Part shown: one piece after another, positions 37,004 to 47,800 of the stretch | How positions within the stretch are numbered: the first letter of the stretch is position 1 | Layout of the letters: every line of letters starts with the position of its first letter | Origin: a virus | Virus record (IMG/VR): IMGVR_UViG_3300045256_000188 | Span: 19,426-83,425 of that record | Length of the DNA: 64,000 nucleotides | Direction: 5' to 3' (one strand) | Translations under genes and position numbers: made by a program | Notes under the pieces: generated by a model | The model's input: the letters and a program-made list of their open reading frames with translations, nothing else | The model's database searches: none | Told to the model about the DNA's origin: nothing

Positions 37004-38633
37004 GGTTGGCCCCTTGCCGGCCCGACTTGATACCGCCCGGCGGCGGATTCTTCTCGTAGTAGTAAGTGATCTTCCGGGAACCCATCACGATCAACTCGTT
37101 GAAACCGACACCTGACTTGTTAGTCGGGTCCGCTGGCTTCCCCGTCGGTAGGATGTTCCCAGCCGGCTGAAAAACATCCACATAGGCAATCCCGTCGATC
37201 CGCTTGATCGTCTCGATGAAGTTCGACAGGTAGAACGGCAGTCCCATCTCCCACTTCGTGATATCGAAGTAACTGGTGATCGCCGTCTCCACCCGTTCCT
37301 TCACCACGGAGGCGTCAGCGTTCCGGTTAACGATGACCGTCATCTCCACATCAACCGGCCGGATCGCCCCATCCAAGACAACCACATGGTCAGTCAGAAC
37401 ATTCAGGTCGTTGAAGTAGGTCACCAGACCCGCCTTCAGGCCCGCATTCGGGGCCACCGGCAGACCATCCGGCCCTTCAGCCAGAGCGTACATCTCGACC
37501 CGGTTGGCGTTCTTGCTCGTGCGGATTGTCGCCAGTGACTTCGAAATCGCCCCGAAGACCGGGTGGCTGAAGCTTGATGCCGCCTGTGCGTAGTCCTCGG
37601 CGGTCACAATCGACCGCTGCAAGGCGAAGTCACGGGGAGCCCGTTTCTTGGCTGCTTCCAAGCTCTCGCGGTCCGTACCACCAGCCGATGGCGAAATGTT
37701 CCGGAATCGCACGGAAGTAGCAGCGTTAGCTGGCGGCAGAGGCGTCACCTGCCGGGTCGTGTCAATCTGGCCCACCCCGATCCGGCCACGAATACCACCA
37801 CCGGCCCGGTAGCGGAATTGGATCAACGATCCGGACACCGGAGCTTGGCCGGTCACATCATCCCCGAACCGGAACTTTACCTTGTCTTCGATGAAGATGA
37901 CTTCTACCACCTTATCGGTCGGGCCGTATCGCTCGATCGGTTCGGTAATGACCTTCCATTCTTCGGTAGTGTTCCCGACCGTGACCGTGACAAAGATCGG
38001 CGATTCAAGGATGTTGGCATCCTGGACGGTATAAGTCTGGTTCCCACCACCGGCACTCGTCACCACCACAGGACCGGCAAACACCCCCTCCAAACCATAG
38101 GCGATGACGCCCCGCTTACCAGCGGGGATGACCACCTTGCTCTTCCAGTCCCCAGGTGCCCGGTAGACTTCATAGGTGACAGAGGAGCCATCCGGCCCGT
38201 TCACCGTGAAGCTAGTGCCCGGCTCAATCTCGATGTCGGTGAAAGTCGGCTGGTCCACGCTGACTTCAATATCAACGACCGCTGGGGTCTGCCGCTTAAT
38301 CCGTTGGTTGATGAGAGCAAGGTGGTTAACCACCGCTTCTTCAGTCTGGGACGTGGGTAAGGTGGCTTCATTGGCCAGGATGTCACCCCGCAGCGACAGT
38401 TTGCCGACGCCCGACGAGAAGATTTCAAGGAGCATCATCATACCGTTGGAGGCGATGAAGTCGTTGAAATCGTCGGGGAAGTAGGTCTTGATATACTCGA
38501 TGCCGGCACGCCGAGCAGTGGTGAAGTCCAGCCCAGAAAAGTCCAACCGCCGCAAGTTGGGCGGCGGCAGAACAACCCCGAACTCGTCTGGCGTGTTCGG
38601 CAGGTCGAATAGGGTCGAACGGCTATCAGCCAT
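36990..38633 (-). CDS. Baseplate wedge protein (T4 gp6/baseplate J-like)
   Basis: LDFSGLDF, DFNDF, FGDDVTGQAP, GGTDRESLE, RSIVTAEDY. Confidence 0.9.
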   Translation of the reverse strand: MADSRSTLFDLPNTPDEFGVVLPPPNLRRLDFSGLDFTTARRAGIEYIKTYFPDDFNDFIASNGMMMLLEIFSSGVGKLSLRGDILANEATLPTSQTEEAVVNHLALINQRIKRQTPAVVDIEVSVDQPTFTDIEIEPGTSFTVNGPDGSSVTYEVYRAPGDWKSKVVIPAGKRGVIAYGLEGVFAGPVVVTSAGGGNQTYTVQDANILESPIFVTVTVGNTTEEWKVITEPIERYGPTDKVVEVIFIEDKVKFRFGDDVTGQAPVSGSLIQFRYRAGGGIRGRIGVGQIDTTRQVTPLPPANAATSVRFRNISPSAGGTDRESLEAAKKRAPRDFALQRSIVTAEDYAQAASSFSHPVFGAISKSLATIRTSKNANRVEMYALAEGPDGLPVAPNAGLKAGLVTYFNDLNVLTDHVVVLDGAIRPVDVEMTVIVNRNADASVVKERVETAITSYFDITKWEMGLPFYLSNFIETIKRIDGIAYVDVFQPAGNILPTGKPADPTNKSGVGFNELIVMGSRKITYYYEKNPPPGGIKSGRQGANHVGG

Positions 38634-39025
38634 TACGTCCTCCCCGTCAGGAAGTGCTCGACGGTCAGGACCCGCTTGAGATCCTTCTTGAGCCGGACCA
38701 CGACCTTGATGTTGATGCCATTACGTTCATCGTCCCGATCGATAGTCACCTCCTCGACGGTCACCCGCTTATCGGTCTCCGTGATGGCGTCGATAATCTG
38801 GCTACGCAGAATGTCGATGTCAGAGGACGTGGACTGCTCGAACACGAATGACCGAAGCGGCACCCCATACAGAGGCCGCATAACCCGCTCGCCCGGCACC
38901 GTCAGGAGTAGCTGCAGGATGTCGTTCTTGATGAGCCGATCGTCCTCCTGGCGAGACAGGACGTTCTGCGGCCCCCCCAAGAAGGGTGGGTTGAAGCCAA
39001 AGAATATAGCCTTTGATTTAGCCAT
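38633..39025 (-). CDS. Baseplate protein gp25/GPW-like
   Basis: IKNDILQLLLTVPGERVMRPLYG ... DKRV. Confidence 0.9.
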   Translation of the reverse strand: MAKSKAIFFGFNPPFLGGPQNVLSRQEDDRLIKNDILQLLLTVPGERVMRPLYGVPLRSFVFEQSTSSDIDILRSQIIDAITETDKRVTVEEVTIDRDDERNGINIKVVVRLKKDLKRVLTVEHFLTGRT

Positions 39026-39750
39026 TACTTCAGCACCATCGCAACTGCCCGCAGTTGCACCAGGACAGCCTCAGCATCGGCGGCGTAGCCGTTAGCGGCC
39101 TCGATCGCCTTGTCGCGGGCGGCTGTGGCTTCAGCCCGCTTCTTCTTGAGTTTGGTGATAAGATCAGCCACGTCCGAAGATGACTTGGCGATAACCTCCA
39201 GAGCTTTAATAGTTCGGTTCGTCTCGTTGATGAGCTTCTGCTGTAGGTTGATATCCACTTCAGCGTCAGCCCGCTGCTGTTTCAGCTTGTTCAACTGGTC
39301 GGTCAAATCAGAATGGGTCTTAAGGGACGCCATAGCGATGGTCGCTTGCTCCTCCTCCGTGACTCCCAAAGCGTCATAGTCGAAGATGTTGTTATTGTGT
39401 TGGATCTCCGTCACAGCACTGACTAGCATCGGCTCGACCGCCGCCGTGTCCGACTCCTCGAATTCCAGCACCTGCCCAATCTCGAACTGCTTGGAGTTAC
39501 TACCCACCGCCCGCCGCCGCGAACTGGAGATGCTGAAGATCAGGTCCCCCAAATACTTGCGGTTGTCCAGCGGAGTGATGGGTTCAGGCTTGTCCCGGCC
39601 GCGGTCCACTAGACCGACCGGGATCTTGGGGAACACAAGGTTAGTGCGGGGCGGGGTTGTGTTCGATATCGTGAACGTAACATTCCCCCGGTCCTGCGGA
39701 TTCACCGGCAGGACATCACGGTATAGACCGGTTGGGAATTTGACGATCAC
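39025..39750 (-). CDS. Hypothetical baseplate-region protein with C-terminal coiled coil
   Basis: Translationally coupled within the baseplate operon. Confidence 0.7.
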   Translation of the reverse strand: MIVKFPTGLYRDVLPVNPQDRGNVTFTISNTTPPRTNLVFPKIPVGLVDRGRDKPEPITPLDNRKYLGDLIFSISSSRRRAVGSNSKQFEIGQVLEFEESDTAAVEPMLVSAVTEIQHNNNIFDYDALGVTEEEQATIAMASLKTHSDLTDQLNKLKQQRADAEVDINLQQKLINETNRTIKALEVIAKSSSDVADLITKLKKKRAEATAARDKAIEAANGYAADAEAVLVQLRAVAMVLK

Positions 39751-39760
39751 TGCCTACCCC

Positions 39761-42010
39761 CTAACTTGTCGGGTGCTCGATTTCGTCCCGCGGGCACTCC
39801 TCAAATGGCTCATTGTAAGTTTGGCCACGGTCCGTCGGCTCCAGCTTCGGCACATCCGGCGGATTCACCCTCCCCACACGAGCCCCACCCGGCCGTTGAC
39901 AACCAGTTGTGGTCCGACCCTTGACGCGGACGCGGACATTGAGCCGCACTGGCACGCTCTTATTACCCACCTTGACCTTACCGCTGGCAGACCCAGTGCC
40001 GACCCCCACCACTTTGTGGGTGCAGATTTGGGCCATAATCCGTCGGCCGAAGTAGGTCTTATTGGTCCGAACCCCACCCCCGTTAATAGTGAGCCTAGTA
40101 CCACCAGCCTCCATCCGAATCGCACGCTGGGCGTACATGTCAATGGTGCCGTTGGATGAGATCTTCACATCCCTCTTGGCGATGATGTTCACATTCGTCT
40201 TAGCGAAGATGGTAATTTCACCTTCGTTGTTGTAAATGGCAATCCGCCGACCTTTCTCATCCATCCATATGAACATCTTCTTACCCTTGCGGGCACGCCA
40301 AATACCAAGTTTCTCCTGCTTACTCCACCACATCCCGCGGTGCTGAGAATCGACAATCTCCGTCCAGGGACCATCCCCAGACCGCCCGTCCCGCATCTCC
40401 ACGCCCTGCTGGAACTTGGACCCCGATTTCTCAGCCGGCATCATCGGCCGGGGACCGCCACCACCACGAGTCTTCAAACGGATATATTCGTTATCGTGAT
40501 CGAGCTTCAGGTGATGGGAGGTCTTCTCCGGGTTCCGCATCATAGCGGGCTTCCCGATGAACTCGTTCTCTTTGATCCCCTCCCACTTCCTGGCCCATTT
40601 CTTACCAAGTGAGGCCGACAGTAGCACGTACTGGTAGCGGTCGTTCATCTCCATAGTGAGACCCATCGGGGTGCCCCACATGGTGTGATTCGCCTTGTCG
40701 TTCTCGTTGAACTCCCAGAAGTAACCCTTCCCCTTACCACCGCGTGGAACAGCTTTCACCGACGGTTCACGCCGTCCCTTGATTAGAACGCCGTTGCCGT
40801 GCGGGTCACTCCGCTTGTCGGCACGTTTGTCATCGGAACCACGGTCATCGAGCACGAACTTGAAACCGTGCCGCGTGACCATCCGCATCCAGCGGGCATC
40901 CTTATCCTTCCAGTATTGATCTTCCTTCTCGGACCGCGGCCCCATCTCTTCGGTGATCTTCCGCTTGACGAATTGATCTTCTTCAGGGTCGAATCCCTTG
41001 TCGTACGCTTGGAATAGCATACCGCCTTTGGTGCGGAGCTTGATCCAGCGGAAATCGTTTTCCGATTCCTCAGACAAGATGCGGCGAGGACCGTACTCAT
41101 CACTCCGCGATTTTGACTTGATTGGTCCCTGTTGTGCCCAGCCAGTGTCCCGCATCTCGAACTTGGAACCATAGCGGTTCATGATAGAAACGCGGCGGTG
41201 ATCACCCTTCGGCTCACCCTCATTGAGCACTTTCTGTAGGCACTTCCACCGCTTGATCTCATACTTCTCATCCTTTTTGAACGAGCCCTCGAACTCGCCG
41301 AGTTCGCCGCCATCCTCGTCCTTTTTCCAGTGATAGCCCTGGTCCGACATGATGAACATAGAGCCGTACTTCGTCACACGAGCCATATACTTCTTGTCGG
41401 GGTCGTTCACCTCCGGCGTTTGTCGCTTCTGCTCGAATTTAGCCTTCTGAACGGCATCGTGGTCCGGTGGCGGCGGCGGGTCCTTGTGTTCTTCGGGGAA
41501 AAAGCCCACGGACGAGTGAATGTCCAAGTTGCCGTAGCGATCCTGCCAGCCGTGGGCCATCGGCCGCCCGTCCTTCGGCAGGTACTGCTCGTCGTAGTCG
41601 TTGGGGCGGTCGGCTGGTTTGCCGTCCTCATTCACCGATAGTGGCGTCTTTTGGAAGATTTGTGGGTAGGCGTAATACTTGCGACGGGTAGGTGTGGCGA
41701 AGCCAGTCCAGATTGGTCCGTACGGGTGCTGCTTTTCGAAGGTAATCCAGATCCAGTCGCCGATACAGGGGTGTGAGAATCGCCCAGCCCGTTGGCCACC
41801 CAGGTCAAAGGCGGGAACGGCCCAGGGGCAGTCCTCGGCTTCGAGATCGAAATCGTGCATGTCCGGGCACTTGAATCGTACCCGATACATGTTAAGGGGG
41901 TCGTTGGTTTCGACGACCAGAGCACGGAAATGCCCAGGGAACCGCTCCCAGAGGGTCCGGGTGCGGTGTCCGAAAAACTTTCCCCAAACGACGTTTAGGT
42001 TATCGGCCAC
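39761..42010 (-). CDS. Baseplate central spike (gp5/VgrG-like OB fold plus beta-helix)
   Basis: ALVVETNDPLNMYRVRF ... PWAVP ... PCIGDWIWITFE.....PIWTG; beta-rich C-terminus. Confidence 0.8.
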   Translation of the reverse strand: MADNLNVVWGKFFGHRTRTLWERFPGHFRALVVETNDPLNMYRVRFKCPDMHDFDLEAEDCPWAVPAFDLGGQRAGRFSHPCIGDWIWITFEKQHPYGPIWTGFATPTRRKYYAYPQIFQKTPLSVNEDGKPADRPNDYDEQYLPKDGRPMAHGWQDRYGNLDIHSSVGFFPEEHKDPPPPPDHDAVQKAKFEQKRQTPEVNDPDKKYMARVTKYGSMFIMSDQGYHWKKDEDGGELGEFEGSFKKDEKYEIKRWKCLQKVLNEGEPKGDHRRVSIMNRYGSKFEMRDTGWAQQGPIKSKSRSDEYGPRRILSEESENDFRWIKLRTKGGMLFQAYDKGFDPEEDQFVKRKITEEMGPRSEKEDQYWKDKDARWMRMVTRHGFKFVLDDRGSDDKRADKRSDPHGNGVLIKGRREPSVKAVPRGGKGKGYFWEFNENDKANHTMWGTPMGLTMEMNDRYQYVLLSASLGKKWARKWEGIKENEFIGKPAMMRNPEKTSHHLKLDHDNEYIRLKTRGGGGPRPMMPAEKSGSKFQQGVEMRDGRSGDGPWTEIVDSQHRGMWWSKQEKLGIWRARKGKKMFIWMDEKGRRIAIYNNEGEITIFAKTNVNIIAKRDVKISSNGTIDMYAQRAIRMEAGGTRLTINGGGVRTNKTYFGRRIMAQICTHKVVGVGTGSASGKVKVGNKSVPVRLNVRVRVKGRTTTGCQRPGGARVGRVNPPDVPKLEPTDRGQTYNEPFEECPRDEIEHPTS

Positions 42011-42022
42011 AAGTCATTCCTA

Positions 42023-42334
42023 CTACAGAAGCTCGGGTAGAACAATCGCGTCAACCGGATACTCGATCGTGTCACCAGTTCGTGGCCAGTTGAGGGGGTC
42101 ACGCACCTTATTGAAGGCGATCAGGACCCAATCCAGCAAGGGTGTGCTGTAGATCTGGTTGGAGATAAGATCAGGGCGACCTTCCAGGGCACTAGTGACC
42201 CGGAAAACGCCGATGTTCTCCTCGTCTGGCCGCTCCTTGAGGAATGAGAAGCTGACCCAACGACCGTATGTCTCCTTGCCCTCCACGATTGTAGGAGGGG
42301 TTTTCTTGAAACGGGAGAACGTGTCGAGGTCCAT
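42023..42334 (-). CDS. Baseplate wedge gp53-like (LysM-type) protein
   Basis: GRPDLISNQIYSTPLLDWVLIAFN ... GDTIEYP. Confidence 0.85.
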   Translation of the reverse strand: MDLDTFSRFKKTPPTIVEGKETYGRWVSFSFLKERPDEENIGVFRVTSALEGRPDLISNQIYSTPLLDWVLIAFNKVRDPLNWPRTGDTIEYPVDAIVLPELL

Positions 42335-42344
42335 AGCCTACCCC

Positions 42345-42917
42345 TTAGTACCACTTCGTCTCTTCCTCCCGCTTCAGACCCTTGAGGTCCTGCGTCTCCA
42401 CTTTGCTACCCCTGGTCCAGAGTCGCAGTTCAATCGTGATATCGGTGCGGAGCGGGTACGCTTTATCGTAATTCTTGTTGCCACCGGTGCAGTGAGTCAC
42501 AATCGTCTCAGAGTGCTTCACGTCCACACTCTTGATGCGGCACGACATGGTGTCTGAGCCACCGAAGTTCCACATCTTGAAGAAGACGATCAGGTTACGC
42601 TGGCCCTGGACATTAGGGTCTTTGGTCCGGGCGAAGTAACCACGCATGATCTTAACTTGCTCGGCCACTTTATCCGTGGTCCACTCCTGACTACCATCGA
42701 CGATGTAGGTCCACGTGAGACTGATCTCACGCGGTCCGGACCTCTGGTAGACGGCCACCGGTTCCGTGCCGGGCAAATTGCCCTCGTGCCACTCGCCCTT
42801 ACGACTGTCGCTCGTAATCTTGGGTGGGAACTGGAAGACAATCTTGGGGCCATTGTTGAACTGCATGGTGACAGCATCAGCAAGGCCCCGGTCGAACTCA
42901 GTAATTTGTGCTGGCAT
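42345..42917 (-). CDS. Tail tube initiator-like protein
   Basis: FQFPPKITSDSR ... EPVAVYQRSGPREISL ... YPLRTDITIEL; directly follows the tape measure gene. Confidence 0.65.
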   Translation of the reverse strand: MPAQITEFDRGLADAVTMQFNNGPKIVFQFPPKITSDSRKGEWHEGNLPGTEPVAVYQRSGPREISLTWTYIVDGSQEWTTDKVAEQVKIMRGYFARTKDPNVQGQRNLIVFFKMWNFGGSDTMSCRIKSVDVKHSETIVTHCTGGNKNYDKAYPLRTDITIELRLWTRGSKVETQDLKGLKREEETKWY

Positions 42918-42919
42918 GG

Positions 42920-45900
42920 TTACCTAGCCCATGAGTTAAGTTCGCTACCAAGACCATGGTCACCCTTGTTCATCCCAGGCAAGTAAGCCTGCAGGATGGC
43001 GACGATCTCAGACAGTTCACCCTTACCGCCGGCCGTCATCTCTCCGAGCTTCTCGTCAATAGCTACCAGGGTTTCGCTCACCTTCACCAGTATCTTCGTG
43101 CTCTCATCCTGTGCCTCACGTGCCTCCCCATCGGTTCTATCCATGACCTGGACAGTACTGATAGCCTCAGATCGCACCGTCTCCTCGATCCCGGCCTCCC
43201 CCGCCGCTCGGATCGCCGGCATCGCCTTGGTTACTACCGCCGTCTCGATCCGGCTGGACGCATTCTCCAGTAGATTAGCGTAGTTGTCTAGCATATCGGC
43301 CAGTTTGCCGACGTCATCAGTCAAGTTCAACCCCTGACCAAACGCGGTAATCGTCTCGGTCAGTTCCTTGAGGATAGCGTTCAGCCGCTCCGCCGGTCCC
43401 TGGAAGGCCCGGACACCCTCATCGAGCTTGGAGGCGGCGACCGTTAGGTCGCTGCCCAACTTCTCGATGTCTGGGATTGCTCCCAGAGCCTCGTCCGCCA
43501 TCTCCCGCAGACCCTTCAGCGGGGTATTGTTGAGGGCCTGGAACGAGTCAGCCAGAAGCGACATCGCCGCCCCGACCTTCTCCACCCGGTCAATGGTCTT
43601 GGAGAAGCGGAAGACCGCAAACTCCAGCACCATCAGCCCGCCGTAGATCGCCCAGGCCGCCGGCCTCATCATGTTCCCAGCGATCATTAACATCACCGCC
43701 GAATCGATCATCCATCCGGCCGCGATCGACAGCACAATCGCCCCGAAGGTGAGGCCCCCGCTCGCGTAGATCGCCATATCCCCAGCCACAGCCAGGGTGA
43801 ACATAGCGTCCATGATATTGAGGGCCGCCATCGGGAGCAGGACACCCGCCACCACCAACTGGATGGCCGCCACGAAGATATTCCTCGCAGCGATCGACAG
43901 GAAGATCGACCCGACCAGGATGATGGCCATCGCACCCAGGTAGAGGACCGATGTGTAGAGGATAACCATCGAAGCCTCGGCCAGAGCCAGGGCCGCCGGT
44001 AGCAGCACGAACGAGGCGAGCAGCAGGACAGAGGACCCCGACAAGAGCAGGAGGCCGGCGGACAGCGACATCTCCGCGGCCGGCAGCAGGAACTGCATCG
44101 CCGTCAGCAGGAGGTTGGCAGCCGGAGCCATCACCACGCCACCGACCAGGAGCAGAACCGCAGCAACCAGCAGGAACTGGACACCCCACAGAATCATCGC
44201 GATGCCCGTCGCCAGGGGGACACCGGAGATCGCCATGAGCAGGGCCGCCGGCAGCAGCTTCAGTGCCGCTTCCAGAAGGATCGTCGCCCCAATAAGGACC
44301 TGCACCGAAGCCGTCAGCATCACCGAGGCCAGTGACCCCAGCATCCCCACCGCCATCTGCAGGATGATCGTCCCGAACAGCAGCGGGAACACCCCCTCCT
44401 GCAGAGCACGCCCAACGATCGAGATGTAGATGCAACCCAACACCAGTTGGAGCGAAGCAATCCGGAGCATGAGTCCGGCCGGGAACATGGCGTTAGCCGC
44501 CTCTGTCACCTTCGGCATCAACCCCTTCAGGACGTCAAGACTGGAGTCGATCTGCCCGGCCGAGTCGCCCAGCAGCGACGACGCCGTGACGAGAGCCTGA
44601 GCCCCCGCCAGCATCATCATCCCGCCGATGCCGATCCTCATCCCGATTCCGAGCATCTCGTTCGAAGAGTCCGACAGGAAAGCCAGACCGATCGCAAGCA
44701 TGATCCCCGCCGCGACCAGGGCCACGCCACCGATCGAGAGGAGGATACCTGCCACCACCATGAAGACCCCGGCCCCCGCCAGCATAATCGAGCCAAGCAG
44801 AATCTGGGCAGCACCCTCGATGTAGCCGGTGCCGGCCTGGATGAACAGCAACACCGCCTGGACCAAGAGTTGTCCGGCCTGGAGCAGAAGGTAGGATCCG
44901 ATGAACATCATCACGCCACCGATCATCATCATGACGCCCGTCGTTATGAGGGCAACGGCCCCAGCCTTCATCAGGGAAGCACCGATAGCCAGGGCGATCC
45001 CAACCCCGAACATCATCGGAGTGGACAGCCCCAGCAGCAGGAGTCCAGCGTAGAGGGCGGCACCGCCGATCATGATGCCGACACCGCCGATCATGATGGC
45101 GACACCGGCGAAGAGCAGGAGCCCCGCCCCGACCGCCATCAGAGCCCCACTCGCTAGCAATGCCACGCCGGCTACGAAAAGTCCTACGGCAACCGCGGCG
45201 ATCACCAGGACCGCCGCCGCCAGGAGAATCCCACCGATGAGGAGGGCGACACCCGCGGCGGCGAACAGGGCTGCCGCCGCCACGAGCTTGATGGCCCCCT
45301 GGAGTATTGCCCCGGCGATAGCTGGGATCGCGTCCGCCCCGATCATCTTAATGGCCGCCGCCATCAAGTAGAAGGCCGCTGCGGTGATGAGGGCGGCCAC
45401 TGCGATGACCACCATCCCGATAGCTAGGGCGTAGATGCCGGGGATGGCCATCATAGCCAGGGCACCCAGAGCCACGATCGCCAGACCCAGCACGAAGAAC
45501 TTGGCGATAAGCTCGAAGGTTAGGACCGTAGACAGGATCTGGAAACCCTGTGCCGCCATGAAGATCCCGACGCCCATCATCAGGGCGGCCAGACCTACCA
45601 CGAAGATCGCGATGGCCAGGACAATCAGGCCCAGAGCCACCGGACCCTGGACCAGCATGGCGAGCCCGACGAGCACCAGCCCCAGGAGCCCAATTGCGAT
45701 AATCATCCCGATCAAGGCGGGGATTGCCACCCAGCCCATCTCGGCGACGATCCGGACACCCATCGCGAAGAAGTAGGCACCGATACCGGCCATCATGAGG
45801 GCCAGACCGACTGCGAGCAACGGCCCGACCACGCTCTTGACCGAGTTGCCCAGGGCCGCCAGACCCTGCCCGATCGAGGACAGGATGATGACGATGGCCT

Positions 45901-47755
45901 CCCCGACAGCCCTCGCGAGGATGAGGATCATATTGGCGAAGGCTTGGACGCGCGCGGTCATCCGGCCCATCAGCCCGCCGAAGCTACCAAAGCCGGCAGC
46001 GAACGAGCCAATGGCCCACGATACCACCACGAAAGCGATTCCCAAGGCTAGCACGATCTTGACAGCCCGCTTGATGAATGTAACCACCTCCCCAACGACC
46101 GGGATCTGCTCTAGACAGGAGATGACTTCGCCGATTTTGTTGATGACGTAACCCAGACCCTTCAACAACCAAACGAGTCCTCTGATGAGTGGAGTGAGGG
46201 CGTTAGTGATGAAGACCAAGACCCGCTGGTAGAAAGAGGTCCAGATAGCAGTCAGTTCCTTCATGGCACCGGTGAAGGCTTTGTTGGCCTCCGCCAGCTG
46301 CTTCTGTAGGTCTAATTCCTCCCGGAAGGCTTCCGCGGACCCTTCGAGGCTAAGTAGATACTCCTGCTCAGTGCCAATCAATTCTTTACGGGCACGAATA
46401 GCCATCAGCGCAGCATCCCTGCTGATCTTCAGTTCTCTGGCCAGTATATCCAACTGCTCCGACTGTGCTGTGCTTAATTGCTGGCCAGATTCGATTGCTG
46501 GTATCAAACTCTCATCGATTTGATCGGCGAATTCACGAACACCGATAGTAAGTGCCCGATATTTATCCTCCAAACTGGCATCTACACTGGTACCCAACTT
46601 GCTCCAGAGACTCTCCGCCTCCACTCCAGTGGACTGGAATGCCTTCAACAAGTCTTGGGACGCCTGTTCTGACATCCCCATCTGCTTCCCCATCCCCGCT
46701 AGAGCGAGTGCAGCGATCTGGAATTTTTCAGGGGCGTCTTTACCGAAATAAGCGGCCTGCTCGGCACCGGAGAGCCGCTGATTGTTCATCATGCGGGTAA
46801 CATCTTCGGTGCTCAGTCCGAGCTTCCGCTGGGCGGCAGCGACGGTGGCGATATTCTTAGAGATCTGGTCTGCGGTAAGGCCCGCACTGCGGAGGTTACG
46901 GGTATAGCGAGCCCAGGTATCGATACCCACGCCGGTCACCCGCGTGGCCATCCCGACGTCCTTGGCGAGCTTATCCAGAGACTCCCGCGGGGTCTTGACG
47001 TCGGCCAACGCCCGGTAGGCTTCAATGGCGTCCGCCTGGAAGACGCCGGTTTCCATCGACATAGCACGAGCCGAGTCGAGGAGTTGCATCTGGCTGCCAT
47101 AGAGCCGATAATTGGTGGTAACGAACTTCTCGGTATCCTCGTCGGCTTTCTTGACTAGCTGCCAGATAGTCTTCCACTGGAGGGATAGCTTCTCGCCTTC
47201 CTCTCCGGCTTCTTTGAGTTTCTTGACTTTTTGGTCTGCTTCCTTATTGATGAGAGCAATAAGATCAAGGTCTGTACGTAAGAATCCATTTTGGGCCTCG
47301 TGGCCTTTATTCTTCTCCAGCACAGCTTCAATGACTTTCTGCGTAAATCCGAGGAACTCTTCTTGAAGTTCGATGTGCTCCATCAAGTACTTGGTCAGAT
47401 CCTTGTTGAGTTTATCCATATCCTCTGCGATCTCGAATCCTTTCTTTGAATTCTTTAATTGCTCTTCTCCTGTATCGAACTGATCCCTGAGTTCCTTGGT
47501 AGCCTCCCCCAAATTCGTTTCCACCTTGAGAGTCCTGGCCTCCATCTCGGCGAGATGCTTGCCAATATCGCCGAGATGGGCGGCAGCCTCACTAGCAATC
47601 TGGCCTAGATTTTGGATTGCCTTCTGTGCCGCTGAGGATACTTCTCCTTCGAGATCAATTACCTGCTGGCCGAAATTATCGAGAGTATCGAAGGCTTGCT
47701 GGGCTTCGAAGGCAAGCTGAATCGACAATGCATAAGTGTTGACGTCAGTCGGCAT
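42920..47755 (-). CDS. Tape measure protein with a long hydrophobic region
   Basis: About 1610 aa, helical; A/G/L/I-rich repetitive central and C-terminal region; located next to baseplate genes; AGGAG RBS. Confidence 0.8.
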   Translation of the reverse strand: MPTDVNTYALSIQLAFEAQQAFDTLDNFGQQVIDLEGEVSSAAQKAIQNLGQIASEAAAHLGDIGKHLAEMEARTLKVETNLGEATKELRDQFDTGEEQLKNSKKGFEIAEDMDKLNKDLTKYLMEHIELQEEFLGFTQKVIEAVLEKNKGHEAQNGFLRTDLDLIALINKEADQKVKKLKEAGEEGEKLSLQWKTIWQLVKKADEDTEKFVTTNYRLYGSQMQLLDSARAMSMETGVFQADAIEAYRALADVKTPRESLDKLAKDVGMATRVTGVGIDTWARYTRNLRSAGLTADQISKNIATVAAAQRKLGLSTEDVTRMMNNQRLSGAEQAAYFGKDAPEKFQIAALALAGMGKQMGMSEQASQDLLKAFQSTGVEAESLWSKLGTSVDASLEDKYRALTIGVREFADQIDESLIPAIESGQQLSTAQSEQLDILARELKISRDAALMAIRARKELIGTEQEYLLSLEGSAEAFREELDLQKQLAEANKAFTGAMKELTAIWTSFYQRVLVFITNALTPLIRGLVWLLKGLGYVINKIGEVISCLEQIPVVGEVVTFIKRAVKIVLALGIAFVVVSWAIGSFAAGFGSFGGLMGRMTARVQAFANMILILARAVGEAIVIILSSIGQGLAALGNSVKSVVGPLLAVGLALMMAGIGAYFFAMGVRIVAEMGWVAIPALIGMIIAIGLLGLVLVGLAMLVQGPVALGLIVLAIAIFVVGLAALMMGVGIFMAAQGFQILSTVLTFELIAKFFVLGLAIVALGALAMMAIPGIYALAIGMVVIAVAALITAAAFYLMAAAIKMIGADAIPAIAGAILQGAIKLVAAAALFAAAGVALLIGGILLAAAVLVIAAVAVGLFVAGVALLASGALMAVGAGLLLFAGVAIMIGGVGIMIGGAALYAGLLLLGLSTPMMFGVGIALAIGASLMKAGAVALITTGVMMMIGGVMMFIGSYLLLQAGQLLVQAVLLFIQAGTGYIEGAAQILLGSIMLAGAGVFMVVAGILLSIGGVALVAAGIMLAIGLAFLSDSSNEMLGIGMRIGIGGMMMLAGAQALVTASSLLGDSAGQIDSSLDVLKGLMPKVTEAANAMFPAGLMLRIASLQLVLGCIYISIVGRALQEGVFPLLFGTIILQMAVGMLGSLASVMLTASVQVLIGATILLEAALKLLPAALLMAISGVPLATGIAMILWGVQFLLVAAVLLLVGGVVMAPAANLLLTAMQFLLPAAEMSLSAGLLLLSGSSVLLLASFVLLPAALALAEASMVILYTSVLYLGAMAIILVGSIFLSIAARNIFVAAIQLVVAGVLLPMAALNIMDAMFTLAVAGDMAIYASGGLTFGAIVLSIAAGWMIDSAVMLMIAGNMMRPAAWAIYGGLMVLEFAVFRFSKTIDRVEKVGAAMSLLADSFQALNNTPLKGLREMADEALGAIPDIEKLGSDLTVAASKLDEGVRAFQGPAERLNAILKELTETITAFGQGLNLTDDVGKLADMLDNYANLLENASSRIETAVVTKAMPAIRAAGEAGIEETVRSEAISTVQVMDRTDGEAREAQDESTKILVKVSETLVAIDEKLGEMTAGGKGELSEIVAILQAYLPGMNKGDHGLGSELNSWAR

Positions 47756-47800
47756 TGTCGCTCCTACCGTTCGGTGATACAATAAACCGTCTACTTACCT

